Below, piece after piece: positions 26,874-35,665 of a stretch of 44,643 nucleotides of DNA (its first letter is position 1; every line of letters starts with the position of its first letter). The stretch is from assembly GCA_034721935.1 (NCBI GenBank), contig JAYENE010000125.1, forward strand, positions 1 to 44,643, given 5' to 3'. A program made the translations under genes and the position numbers. The notes under the pieces are model-generated. The model searched no databases. It saw only the letters and a list, made by a program, of their open reading frames with translations, and was not told the DNA's origin. The DNA is from Thermodesulfobacteriota bacterium. GTDB taxonomy: Bacteria > Desulfobacterota > Desulfobacteria > Desulfobacterales > ETH-SRB1.

Positions 26874-27911
26874 ATGACAGACGACATACTGACATATTCT
26901 TCTGATAAAAGCGGCATACTTTCCGAATCAAGCCAGCCGGTTGACCGGGAACCGGAAATCCTGTCTTTGCGTCCTGAAAGGCTTTCCGATTATGTGGGCC
27001 AGCCGGAAATAGTCGAAACCCTTAAAATTGCGATAGAAGCAGCTATAAAGCGTAAGGAGCCGATAGATCATGTGCTTTTCCATGGACCTCCAGGCCTTGG
27101 GAAAACCACTCTGGCCCATATTATTGCCAATGAGATGACAAATAATATTACAGTAACTTCAGGGCCTGCGCTTGAAAAAGGCGGAGATCTTATAGGTATT
27201 CTTACTAACCTTGAAGAAGGCGACATACTGTTTGTGGATGAAATTCACAGAATGCCAAAGACAGTGGAAGAATTTCTATATCCTGCAATGGAGGATTTTG
27301 CGGTTGACTTTATATTTGATAAGGGCGCTCATGCGCGCAGCCATAGATACCGTTTAAATACTTTTACCCTTATCGGCGCTACTACCCGTGTCGGATTGCT
27401 ATCAGCTCCCTTGCGGGATCGATTCGGCATATTAAGAAGCCTTGATTTTTACGGGGAAGAGGATCTTGTAAAAATCGCCAGACGTTCTGCTGCTTTGCTT
27501 GAAGTTGCTGTTGACTATGAAGGCGCAATTGAGCTTGCAAAAAGGTCAAGGGGAACTCCAAGAATAGTAAACAGGCTTCTTAAACGCGTAAGGGATTATA
27601 CTCAGGTTCGGGCAGATGGAAAAATTACAAAAAAGACGGTTAAAGAGGCTCTAACTCTGGAAGGGGTTGATGAAAAAGGACTGACCCATCTTGACCGCCG
27701 CTATCTTAAAACAATAGTGGAGTTTTATCATGGCGGCCCGGTCGGCATTGAAGCGATTTCAGCGACGCTTCAGGAAGAGTCGGATACGCTCGTTGATGTT
27801 GTTGAACCATATCTTCTTAAAATCGGCCTGGTTATAAGAACCCCTTCAGGAAGAAAGGCTACTGAAGCAGTATACAGGCATCCTGGCTTTAGTGTTCAGC
27901 AACCAGTATAG
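26874..27911 (+). CDS. ruvB: Holliday junction helicase RuvB
   Basis: [12 protein letters not shown], Walker [12 protein letters not shown], Walker [10 protein letters not shown] and sensor [16 protein letters not shown]. The TAG stop is the first triplet of the TAGAGCG heptamer array. Confidence 0.95.
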   Translation: MTDDILTYSSDKSGILSESSQPVDREPEILSLRPERLSDYVGQPEIVETLKIAIEAAIKRKEPIDHVLFHGPPGLGKTTLAHIIANEMTNNITVTSGPALEKGGDLIGILTNLEEGDILFVDEIHRMPKTVEEFLYPAMEDFAVDFIFDKGAHARSHRYRLNTFTLIGATTRVGLLSAPLRDRFGILRSLDFYGEEDLVKIARRSAALLEVAVDYEGAIELAKRSRGTPRIVNRLLKRVRDYTQVRADGKITKKTVKEALTLEGVDEKGLTHLDRRYLKTIVEFYHGGPVGIEAISATLQEESDTLVDVVEPYLLKIGLVIRTPSGRKATEAVYRHPGFSVQQPV

Positions 27912-27943
27912 AGCGTAGAGCGTAGAGCGTAGAGTAAAGAGTG
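27909..27943. repeat. Heptamer array TAGAGCG x3 plus 2 degenerate units
   Basis: The units are tagagcg tagagcg tagagcg tagagta aagagtg, and the first unit contains the ruvB stop codon. Confidence 0.85.
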
Positions 27944-28002
27944 GGGAAATGCTGAATGGGGAATGATGGTAGGGCCGTCCTACGTGGCGGCTAATTAAGG
28001 GG

Positions 28003-28023
28003 AACCAGCAACCAGCAACCAGC
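28003..28023. repeat. Heptamer array AACCAGC x3
   Basis: aaccagc is repeated three times and ends 1 nt before the ATG at 28025. Confidence 0.85.
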
Positions 28024-28024
28024 T

Positions 28025-28825
28025 ATGTCAATAATTACTCTTATTACCGATTTTGGCGTTGATGATGAGTATGTTGGTGTTATGAAGGGCGTTATTCTTT
28101 CCATTAACCCTGCCGCAATTATCGTCGATATTACTCACCATATCGAGCCTCAGGACTTAATCCATGCCGCATATATCATAAAGTATTCTTTCAAATATTT
28201 TCCTGAAGGAACAGTTCATATTGTCGTTGTAGATCCGGGAGTTGGGGGTGACCGTGCAATAATCGCCCTTGAAGTAACAGGGCATATTTTTCTTGCACCG
28301 GATAATGGAGTTTTAACCCTTTTAATGGATGAAGGTAATATCGGCCCGATCGTTCGTGTTGATGACTTACATTATTTTTTAGAATCTGTAAGCCAAACTT
28401 TTCATGGAAGAGATATTTTTGCCCCGGTTGCCGGCCACCTGTCTAAGGGAATTAAAATTAAAACATTAGGCACGCCAATAGATAAGATAGATTTAAAAAG
28501 ACTGCCCATTAAATATCCCGGCCTTTCAAACAGCGGCGAACTTTTTGGAACTGTTGTATCTATCGACCGGTTCGGCAACCTGATTACGAACATAGATGCA
28601 AAAAGCCTTGATAAATTTTGCAAGGCCTGCAATAAAGAAAAATTGGAATTCAGGATAGGCCAAAACAAAATTATTGGATTATCCAAAAGCTATGAAAGCG
28701 CATTGCCGCAAAATCCTCTTGCCATCATTGGCAGCAGAGGGTATCTTGAAATAGCGGTAAATTACGGCAGCGCCAGGCGCTATTTTATGGCCGATAAGGG
28801 TGATACGGTTACAGCGCTTAAATAA
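28025..28825 (+). CDS. SAM hydroxide adenosyltransferase / SAM-dependent halogenase family protein (DUF62)
   Basis: IITLITDFGVDDEYVGVMKGVILSINP...IVDITHHI.PQD...VVVDPGVGGDR...APDNGVL...FHGRDIFAPVAGHL is the conserved DUF62 pattern. Confidence 0.85.
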   Translation: MSIITLITDFGVDDEYVGVMKGVILSINPAAIIVDITHHIEPQDLIHAAYIIKYSFKYFPEGTVHIVVVDPGVGGDRAIIALEVTGHIFLAPDNGVLTLLMDEGNIGPIVRVDDLHYFLESVSQTFHGRDIFAPVAGHLSKGIKIKTLGTPIDKIDLKRLPIKYPGLSNSGELFGTVVSIDRFGNLITNIDAKSLDKFCKACNKEKLEFRIGQNKIIGLSKSYESALPQNPLAIIGSRGYLEIAVNYGSARRYFMADKGDTVTALK

Positions 28826-28944
28826 GCATTTTTTAACACCAGAAGTAGTTGGAGCAAAATTCACAATTCACAATTAGCAATTGATTATTAACAATTTGTA
28901 GTGATATAACTAAATAGTTATCGACGCTGACCCATTTTGTATAG

Positions 28945-29107
28945 TACCTAAATTGAGCGATTTTTTACTCGATCTGCGCCGATCTCTTGCGCATAAAGGC
29001 TTCGCAAAAATCCTCGACATATCCACGGGTATGCCTGCGGTTTTTGCAAATCTTTATGCATCAACATCTCAGCACATATCTTCGCAAAAAATCGCTCAAC
29101 TTAGGTA
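28945..29107. repeat. 163-bp long imperfect palindrome (element B)
   Basis: The terminal arms are TACCTAAATTGAGCGATTTTTT and AAAAAATCGCTCAACTTAGGTA (1 mismatch), with nested internal arms gcgcataaaggcttcgcaaaaa / tttttgcaaatctttatgca. It lies between AT-rich inverted arms at 28858-28902 and 29108-29140. Confidence 0.65.
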
Positions 29108-29197
29108 ATAATCAATTGTAAATTACTAATTGTTAATGATTTTTCTCTTATTTAAGCGCTTATGGGGAATACAGTTACAGTAGCATCGAACAACTTA

Positions 29198-29407
29198 GGT
29201 TCAACCGGAACTGATGTGGTAAATCGACCCTCTTTTTGCCGTTTTTTCGTTGTTTTACAGGTAGTTATGCCAAAATCAAAAAAGTGGCATTTTTTTCCAT
29301 CCTTAAGATATTGATATCTTAACAATGATTTGTGTAACAGATTGATTTTATTGACCACACTGATTCCGGTTGACGGGGTTCTGTGTCACACCAGTTCCGG
29401 TTGAGCC
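29198..29407. mobile_element. 210-bp MITE family F, copy 1
   Basis: The TIRs are GGTTCAACCGGAACTGATGTGG and the complement of GGCTCAACCGGAACTGGTGTGA, plus a subterminal third copy of the CAACCGGAA motif. An 8-bp TSD ACAACTTA lies at 29190-29197 and 29408-29415. By manual alignment it is about 95 percent identical to the reverse complement of 38812-39031. Confidence 0.85.
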
Positions 29408-29433
29408 ACAACTTATAGGTTTTTTTAGAGAAG

Positions 29434-30822
29434 GTGATGGCTCGTTATATCAAGATGCGGATATTTTATACATGGCTTGCGCTGATTATGTTGCAGGCAA
29501 TTAGCCCAGGAGTTTCAGCATCACAGCATAAGGAGGCCAAGTTGAAGGCCGTTGCAAGCCATCAATCGAGCCTGGCAAGTCGGGCGAAAGCACCGGATGT
29601 GCTTATTTCATTTGATAATGACGGTGGCACAAAATATGCGATAGTGGTTGAAAAGGACACTCAGCAGTTACTTGTCTATTCTTATGATGATTCCTTTAAG
29701 GAAATGTATCGCTTTAAATGTTCGACCGGCGAAGTGGCTGGGGGAAAATCACGCTCCGGAGACAAGAAGACGCCTGAAGGGGTCTACTTTTTCACCCATG
29801 GGTATAAAAAGAGGGATCTTTCGCCAACCTATGGAACTATGGCCTTTCCGATAGATTATCCTAATTTTTTTGATCGCATTGAAGGCTGCAAGGGGTATTC
29901 GATTTGGCTTCATGGAACCGATAAACCGATAAAACCGAGGAATTCTAATGGGTGTGTTGTTCTTGCAAACAATGATATTAATAGATTGGCAAAATATATA
30001 GATTTAAATAGAACCCCGATTATCATTGTGGATAAGCTTTCCTTTGTATCAGCAGATAACAATAATGGAATTAAAAATTCCATATTGAAGTTAATTTCAC
30101 AATGGAAAGATGCTCTTGAAAATGGCACTTGTCATGAGTATTTGAATTCATATAGCGATGAATATGCTCCTGATATTTTGTGGTGGTCTGATTGGGCCGG
30201 AATTAAAAAGAGTTTTCAGGCCTCTCAACTTGAGTTATCTGTTGAGCTGAAAAGGAATTCGATTTTCAGGCACAACGGCATTTATATGATTTTGTTTGAC
30301 CAGATTGTCAGTTCTTCAGGCATTAATTTATTAGTTGGACGTAAGAAGCTTTATGTGTCAGACACGGAAGGCCGATTCAGAATAGTTGGCGAAGAGTATC
30401 AGTCTGTTTCGAAAAGGCATAATAGTTCCAAACAAAAATATCCTCTTGTTGCTGCAAGTTGCAACCTGAAAAGTACGCTTGAAGGTAAATATGAAATCGA
30501 AGACCTGATTGATGGGTGGCTGAAAGCCTGGTCTGATAGAGATATTAGGCGCTATGGCAAATATTATGCAAATAATTTTCGGTCCCGGGGCATGAATCTT
30601 AGGTCATGGCTTAAGTATAAAAACCGATTAAATCGGGAATACAAGTTTATTAATGTTTCGAAAGATAAACTAGTTATTAAAAAAGGTAAAAAGAGGGCTG
30701 AAGCTTCTTTTGTGCAAACTTATGAATCTAATGTCTTCGAGGCAGTAGGCATAAAACGGCTAATATTAATACGTGAAAAGGGATTGTGGAAAATCTACCG
30801 GGAAACCTGCAAAAATTTGTAA
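29434..30822 (+). CDS. YkuD-fold L,D-transpeptidase/carboxypeptidase family protein (YafK/Csd6/Pgp2-like) with C-terminal NTF2-like domains
   Basis: Signal peptide; catalytic-domain pattern GDKKTPEGVYFF...YGTMAFPIDYPNFFD...SIWLHGT...SNGCVVLANNDINRL. The C-terminal ~250 aa contain two WK/WL..W....I..Y...Y segments suggesting NTF2/SnoaL-like folds. Start could be GTG 29434 or ATG 29437. Confidence 0.75.
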   Translation: MMARYIKMRIFYTWLALIMLQAISPGVSASQHKEAKLKAVASHQSSLASRAKAPDVLISFDNDGGTKYAIVVEKDTQQLLVYSYDDSFKEMYRFKCSTGEVAGGKSRSGDKKTPEGVYFFTHGYKKRDLSPTYGTMAFPIDYPNFFDRIEGCKGYSIWLHGTDKPIKPRNSNGCVVLANNDINRLAKYIDLNRTPIIIVDKLSFVSADNNNGIKNSILKLISQWKDALENGTCHEYLNSYSDEYAPDILWWSDWAGIKKSFQASQLELSVELKRNSIFRHNGIYMILFDQIVSSSGINLLVGRKKLYVSDTEGRFRIVGEEYQSVSKRHNSSKQKYPLVAASCNLKSTLEGKYEIEDLIDGWLKAWSDRDIRRYGKYYANNFRSRGMNLRSWLKYKNRLNREYKFINVSKDKLVIKKGKKRAEASFVQTYESNVFEAVGIKRLILIREKGLWKIYRETCKNL

Positions 30823-31730
30823 AATCGCTGTCTTTGCCGAAACAATCAAAAAGGGCAAGGGCTGGTTCATGGATTCTTTTGGCAATAGAGGAACGCGGGA
30901 AGATAATATCGATTGGAAGGCTTAAGGGTCTGATAATTGCGTTGGTATTGACACTGGTTATCGTTGTTGTTTCAGTTTCATCCTTGTTAATTATTGCAAA
31001 AAGCGCAAGCGAAGAAAATGAGGGGTTGCGGAATGCTCTGGATGCATCAAAAAAGCAGGTTGCGGCTTTGCGTGATGAAAAGGAACTTCTCATGGTTCGT
31101 CTTGTTCTGGCGGGAGCCGGAGTTGAAGCCGAAGCCGGAGTCGAAGCCGGAGTCGAAGATAAACTTGCCGATATCGGGGAAAAACAAAAAAAAGAAACTT
31201 CCGGCCGTTTACCTGATAAGAGTGCATCTATTAAAACCAAGCCTGATCCGACAGATGCCGATAAAACAGTTTTATTAACCGGCGAGAAGCAGCCGGAGGA
31301 AGAAACAGCTTCAGCAATACCGGCAAAGCTGTCAAGCGTTTTAATTGAAGATTTCGTGGTTTTATTTGAACCAGGCAGCAATGTATTGAAGGTGCAGTTT
31401 AAAATAATAAAAATATCTTCCGATTCTCAGCCTGTTTCAGGACACGCTTTTGTTATATTAAAGAATGATGAGGTTGATGAGGATAGATGGTTGATATTTC
31501 CCCGGGTTACTCTATCTTCAGGGAAACCATCTCAATATAATAAAGGACAGTATTTTTCCATTTACCGTTTTAAAACCGTAAATTTCAAGGCACGGTATGA
31601 AGCAGACCCTAAACGGTTTAATAATGCCAATGTATTAGTATACAATACAACAGGAGATTTGCTGCTGGAAAAAAGTTATCCGGTAACAATTGCAAACATG
31701 GCTGAGGATACTTTAGGGTTAGAGTCATAA
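30786..31730 (+). CDS. Hypothetical bitopic membrane protein (TM helix, coiled coil, acidic linker, beta-rich C-terminal domain)
   Basis: 314 aa with GTG start. It has one TM segment (LIIALVLTLVIVVVSVSSLLII), a heptad-like ENEGLRNALDASKKQVAALRDEKELLM and a repetitive AGVEAEAGVEAGVED stretch. I recognise no catalytic motif. It overlaps the upstream gene by 37 nt. Confidence 0.55.
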   Translation: MENLPGNLQKFVKSLSLPKQSKRARAGSWILLAIEERGKIISIGRLKGLIIALVLTLVIVVVSVSSLLIIAKSASEENEGLRNALDASKKQVAALRDEKELLMVRLVLAGAGVEAEAGVEAGVEDKLADIGEKQKKETSGRLPDKSASIKTKPDPTDADKTVLLTGEKQPEEETASAIPAKLSSVLIEDFVVLFEPGSNVLKVQFKIIKISSDSQPVSGHAFVILKNDEVDEDRWLIFPRVTLSSGKPSQYNKGQYFSIYRFKTVNFKARYEADPKRFNNANVLVYNTTGDLLLEKSYPVTIANMAEDTLGLES

Positions 31731-31757
31731 TTCATCAATTTTTAAAAGGATTCAATT

Positions 31758-33284
31758 TTGTTTCAGAGGAAGAGACAATCCATAACTTGTCCGGTGTGCA
31801 AAACCATAATCATTCTTTTTTCAATTATGCTTGTTTCTATCCTGCCGGATGTTGTTTGCGCGCAAAAAAAGGTACATACTGTTTTTTTTGAAGGCACCGA
31901 TCATGAGCTTCATGTATACAAAATATATGGTGAACTGCCTGGAAAAACACTTCTTTTAATTGGAGGGATACAGGGAGATGAGCCGGGAGGCTTCCTTTCA
32001 GCAGATCATTATGCTGATATCAGCTTGGCAAAAGGGAATCTTATCGTAATCCCGAGGGCCAATTTTAAGTCTATTGTTTTGTATCGGCGCAAGGTAAATG
32101 ATGATATGAATCGAAAGTTTGCGGAGGATCGCAAAAATAATTATGAAACCAAGATCGTTGAAATCTTAAAAAAAATGATTAATCAAAGTGATTGTCTGCT
32201 CAATCTGCACGACGGCTCAGGTTTCTATTCCGACAAATGGGAAGGGCCTGATAGAAATCCACGCAGATACGGCCAGTCGATTATCTCAGATTGTGAAGTC
32301 CATATTAATCCTGAAACAGGAGAGACCATCGACCTTGGAGCTATGGCTAACTGGGTAACCGATAAAATCAATAAGAAGATAAAAAATCCCCTTCATTATA
32401 TTCGTTTCAACAATCACAGAACTGCTGAAAAAAATTCCTTGCATAAGGAACAGCGCAAATCGGCTACATATTATGCTTTATATACATGCGGCATACCGGC
32501 GTTTGGCGTTGAGACAAGCAAATCGCTTCCTATAGAATTGAAAGTGCGACATCATAACCTTGCAATAAATGCCTTTATGGAAAAATTTGATATTATTCCC
32601 GAGACCCCGGGTCTTAACTTTGATAAACCAGAGCTGGATTATCTGGTTATATCTATAAACGATTCTTTGCCGATTGTTGTTAAAAACCAGGAGACACTTC
32701 ATATTAACTCCGGCGATATCATCATTATATCTCATATTGAGACAAACTATGAACGAGGATTAAGCGCTGATGTTATTGGTTACGGAAGCATAAGAGATAT
32801 GCGCAAGAAAATCGGGATAACGGGGCCAACAAGGATTGTTGCAAGAAAGGATTATTTTCCATGTGGAAGTGTTTATGTTGCGCTTGGTGAAAGCCGTCGA
32901 AAAATGGCTAAAGGTGTATCAATTTCAAAAAAATCAATTTTAACACCTTATGTACATTCTTTCAAAACCAAAATTAACGGCAACCAAATGATTTACAAGA
33001 ATAATGATCATGTAAAACTGATAAAGGGCGACACTTTTACACTTGTGGATGTAATTGGCGGTCCCGGAGATCCTTCGGATATGATTGTAAACTTTAAAGG
33101 TTTTGTGGGTGATTCAGCCAACAATACGGGAGAGGACAGGGGGTATGTAATTAATACTGCCAAAGATCTCTGGAAGAATTATTCGCGGGATAAAAAGGGG
33201 CTAAAATATAAGGTAATAGTTACATATAAAAAGCAAAAAGCAGGAGAATTATTCATTGACCTTGAAGAACCTGCTTTGGAATAG
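31758..33284 (+). CDS. M14-like peptidoglycan carboxypeptidase, Csd4/Pgp1-like
   Basis: Signal peptide. LLLIGGIQGDEPGG carries Q-x-x-E in place of the usual H-x-x-E zinc motif, as in Helicobacter Csd4. NLHDGSG supplies the third ligand His. About 200 extra C-terminal residues follow the catalytic domain. Confidence 0.65.
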   Translation: MFQRKRQSITCPVCKTIIILFSIMLVSILPDVVCAQKKVHTVFFEGTDHELHVYKIYGELPGKTLLLIGGIQGDEPGGFLSADHYADISLAKGNLIVIPRANFKSIVLYRRKVNDDMNRKFAEDRKNNYETKIVEILKKMINQSDCLLNLHDGSGFYSDKWEGPDRNPRRYGQSIISDCEVHINPETGETIDLGAMANWVTDKINKKIKNPLHYIRFNNHRTAEKNSLHKEQRKSATYYALYTCGIPAFGVETSKSLPIELKVRHHNLAINAFMEKFDIIPETPGLNFDKPELDYLVISINDSLPIVVKNQETLHINSGDIIIISHIETNYERGLSADVIGYGSIRDMRKKIGITGPTRIVARKDYFPCGSVYVALGESRRKMAKGVSISKKSILTPYVHSFKTKINGNQMIYKNNDHVKLIKGDTFTLVDVIGGPGDPSDMIVNFKGFVGDSANNTGEDRGYVINTAKDLWKNYSRDKKGLKYKVIVTYKKQKAGELFIDLEEPALE

Positions 33285-33652
33285 TTACGTCAGGTAGCCA
33301 CCAAGTCGCTAAGAAACAAAGGCCTGCCCTGGTGCTATGCGATAACCTGATGATGGATGTCTTGTATTTTTCGTTGGCCTCCGGCTCGTAGAGCCTACGC
33401 CTCGGAGAGAACTGGAGAATTAGCTCGTTTAAGCCAATAGAGCAGGCCTGGGCCAGGGATGGATATGATTTTTTACCCTTTACCTGTCTGCAGGTCTGAA
33501 ACGTAAGAACGAATTGCAAGAAAAGCAGTGGATGCGGTATATGCTGGGCATAGGTTTGCTTTAAAAAGTTTATAATCTTAGTGCGTTAGTGGCAGAATAG
33601 TTACGGTTTATGATAATTAGCAGGCTATTATATACTGTGCAGGAGATCTATT

Positions 33653-33997
33653 GTGTGGAACAAATCGGATAATATTTCTATCATTGATGAGGGGGTGATA
33701 GTTGACGGCACGATTTCTGCTAAAGGAAAATTGGTAATAAAGGGGGCTGCGAAGGGGAGCCTTGTCGGAGAAACTGTGATTGTTGCTAAAGAAGGGGTTA
33801 TTTGTGCGGATACAAAGGTGGCGAGTATTACCATAGGAGGAAAGTTTGACGGGGAATTAGAGGCATCAAACGAGGTTATAATACTTTCTACCGGTAGCTG
33901 TGGCGGCAGGGTCGTATGTAAAAATCTTGTTGTTGAGGCCGGTGGAATATTAAATGCCGAGATAAATTGTATTTCGAAACAGGAACCAACAAAATAA
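33653..33997 (+). CDS. Bactofilin (CcmA-like polymer-forming cytoskeletal protein)
   Basis: 114 aa. The beta-helical repeat pattern ...IIDEGVIVDGTISAKGKLVIKGAAKGSLVGETVIVAKEGVICADTKVASITIGGKFDGELEASNEVIILSTGSCGGRVVCKNLVVEAGGILNAEI is typical of DUF583/bactofilin. GTG start with AGGAG 7 nt upstream. Confidence 0.85.
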   Translation: MWNKSDNISIIDEGVIVDGTISAKGKLVIKGAAKGSLVGETVIVAKEGVICADTKVASITIGGKFDGELEASNEVIILSTGSCGGRVVCKNLVVEAGGILNAEINCISKQEPTK

Positions 33998-34047
33998 AAT
34001 GGAGAGTGCTTCAGCATTTAATCCTTTTCCTATTTGAATTGGGTGCA
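33963..34047. repeat. Direct repeat, copy A (bactofilin 3-prime end plus degenerate EEP-gene 3-prime end)
   Basis: taaattgtatttcgaaacaggaaccaacaaaataaaatggagag... aligns with 35666-35747. The first 44 nt have 2 mismatches, and the rest is more diverged. Confidence 0.75.
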
Positions 34048-34359
34048 GTTACTTTCATCACCCGAAAAATAATAAATATTTCAGATCAAACCCGTTCCAA
34101 ATCTATAAACGGCCAAATGAGTATTGAATGTATAATAGCAAAGATGACAAACCTTGGTACCGAACTATTATTTAAATCCAAAAAATAATTTTGATACAGT
34201 TCTTTTCTAAAGCCTGATCGAATTGGTATGTAATTATATGTTTTTACAGGATTTAGGTCCCGCGTTCCGCGGGATTGATTAAGAGGAAATAAATAATCTT
34301 GTTTATCCTGTTATCCTGTCTAAATAATATGATCCGTTTGGGAGAGAAGAGTATATGTA

Positions 34360-34408
34360 CCCATTTGAATTTTGCATAAAGTGGGTAGTAATCTGAGGGA
34401 TAAAGACC
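34360..34408 (-). pseudogene. Remnant of the 3-prime end of an endonuclease/exonuclease/phosphatase-family gene
   Basis: The minus strand reads GLYPSDYYPLYAKFKW, against GVYPSDHYPLYAKFKW at the C-terminus of the intact gene at 35714-36502. The remnant is cut off upstream by the MITE at 34411. Confidence 0.65.
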
Positions 34409-34410
34409 AT

Positions 34411-34605
34411 TAATTAGTGTCTGTCCGAAAACTCAAAACACCTGAAATTATAGTCAGTTGGATGTTATTCTCAAACCAAAACTCTTAGCCCCGCGGATTC
34501 GCGGGGCTAAGAGCTAATAGCTTTTTCACAAATTTTCACATAGGTAAATAAGCTGAACCTATTGCCAGTATTGAAAAAAACTACTTTTCGGACAGACACT
34601 AATTA
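34411..34605. mobile_element. 195-bp MITE-like element with 21-bp TIRs
   Basis: TAATTAGTGTCTGTCCGAAAA at 34411-34431 and TTTTCGGACAGACACTAATTA at 34585-34605 are perfect inverted repeats. The interior has the hairpin AGCCCCGCG-gattc-GCGGGGCT. The last base is the A of the ATG at 34605. No clear TSD. Confidence 0.65.
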
Positions 34606-35564
34606 TGTTAAAACAATATATAATAATATTTTTGTTATTTTTGTGCTTTCCTGCAGATGCAGGATTGGCAGAAGAAACTGCAGAAGACTGGTTCAACAAA
34701 GGAGTTAAAAGCATTGAAGCAGAAAATTATGAGCAGGCTGTTCGCTGCTTTAAAAAAACTATCAATATCCATCCCAACCATGTGCCCAGTTATAGTAACT
34801 TAGGTTATATTTATAATATTATGGGCATGTTGGATGAGGCGATCGAAACATATAAACAGGCCCTTACTATAAAACCCAACGATGTCCGTATTCATCATGA
34901 CCTTGGAGTTTCATTGTATAAAAAAGAACTGCTTGATGAAGCAATTGCGGAATTTAAAAAAGCCATTGTTCTGGATTCTGAATTTGATCTTCCATATCAT
35001 ACCTTAGGAGTTGTTTACCTTGAGAAAGAGATGTTTGATGAAGCGATTGCGGTGCTTAAAAAGGTTTTGGAGATTGCCCCTGGCAATCCTGTAGCGCATC
35101 GTAATCTTGGGCGGGCCTATAAAGAAGCCGGCAAAAATATTTTGAGCGCCGATTATTATTATCAGGCAGGTATTCTTTATTTGAAAAAAAATAATAGAGA
35201 AGAGGCATTAATTGCCTATAAAAACATTTTTCTCTGCTCCAAGGAAATCGCCGATGTTTTTTTAATAAAACTTTATCCGGACAAGGAAGCTTCTGATCTA
35301 ACAATGCCGTTGTCTTTCAAAAAGAAGAGTCATTGGTACGTCCTACTTACCAGAATGAATATTCGAAAGGACCACTCTGCCAGCAGTAAAATTATTGGTC
35401 AATTAGATAGAGATGTAGAATTTCAAATAATCAGTGAAGCGACGGATAATACTCCAGTTTGTTCCTGGTATCTCATCAAAACCAAATCCGGATTTAGCGG
35501 TTGGTTATGTGGAGTTTATAAAGGAATCGTTAAATATAATATTGTCAGTGAACGTAATGCATGA
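34605..35564 (+). CDS. Secreted TPR-repeat protein with C-terminal SH3b-like domain
   Basis: Signal peptide MLKQYIIIFLLFLCFPADA and about 5 TPR units (AEDWFNKGVKSIEAENYEQAVRCFKKTINIHPNH...). The C-terminal WYVLLTRMNIRKDHSASSKIIGQLDRDVEFQII....WYLIKTKSGFSGWL fits bacterial SH3. Confidence 0.75.
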   Translation: MLKQYIIIFLLFLCFPADAGLAEETAEDWFNKGVKSIEAENYEQAVRCFKKTINIHPNHVPSYSNLGYIYNIMGMLDEAIETYKQALTIKPNDVRIHHDLGVSLYKKELLDEAIAEFKKAIVLDSEFDLPYHTLGVVYLEKEMFDEAIAVLKKVLEIAPGNPVAHRNLGRAYKEAGKNILSADYYYQAGILYLKKNNREEALIAYKNIFLCSKEIADVFLIKLYPDKEASDLTMPLSFKKKSHWYVLLTRMNIRKDHSASSKIIGQLDRDVEFQIISEATDNTPVCSWYLIKTKSGFSGWLCGVYKGIVKYNIVSERNA

Positions 35565-35665
35565 TCATTTGAACTTCCTTAGTTGTTTCTTCACACAAAT
35601 GAGAGCCCAAGAGCTTGTTTGAAAATCCTGATCCTGCGGCAAATCTCCTCCCCCTTGTGAACAGG

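Noticed and set aside
29152-29358. 68-aa ORF inside MITE F copy 1
   Set aside because: The second copy of the element (38812-39031) has an 11-bp indel that shifts this frame into an early stop, so the reading frame is not conserved.
30728-31381. 217-aa minus-strand ORF
   Set aside because: It is antisense to the 30786-31730 gene and the end of the Ldt-like gene. It is low-complexity (Ser/Ala/Thr-rich), with no motif or RBS.
33290-33650. 360-bp GC-rich spacer upstream of the bactofilin gene with several hairpins (for example ctccg...cggag around 33378-33410), checked as a possible riboswitch or small RNA
   Set aside because: I could not match it to consensus elements I know (c-di-GMP-I, cobalamin, SRP, 6S, RNase P, tmRNA). 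The 88-aa antisense ORF has no support. It is left unassigned.
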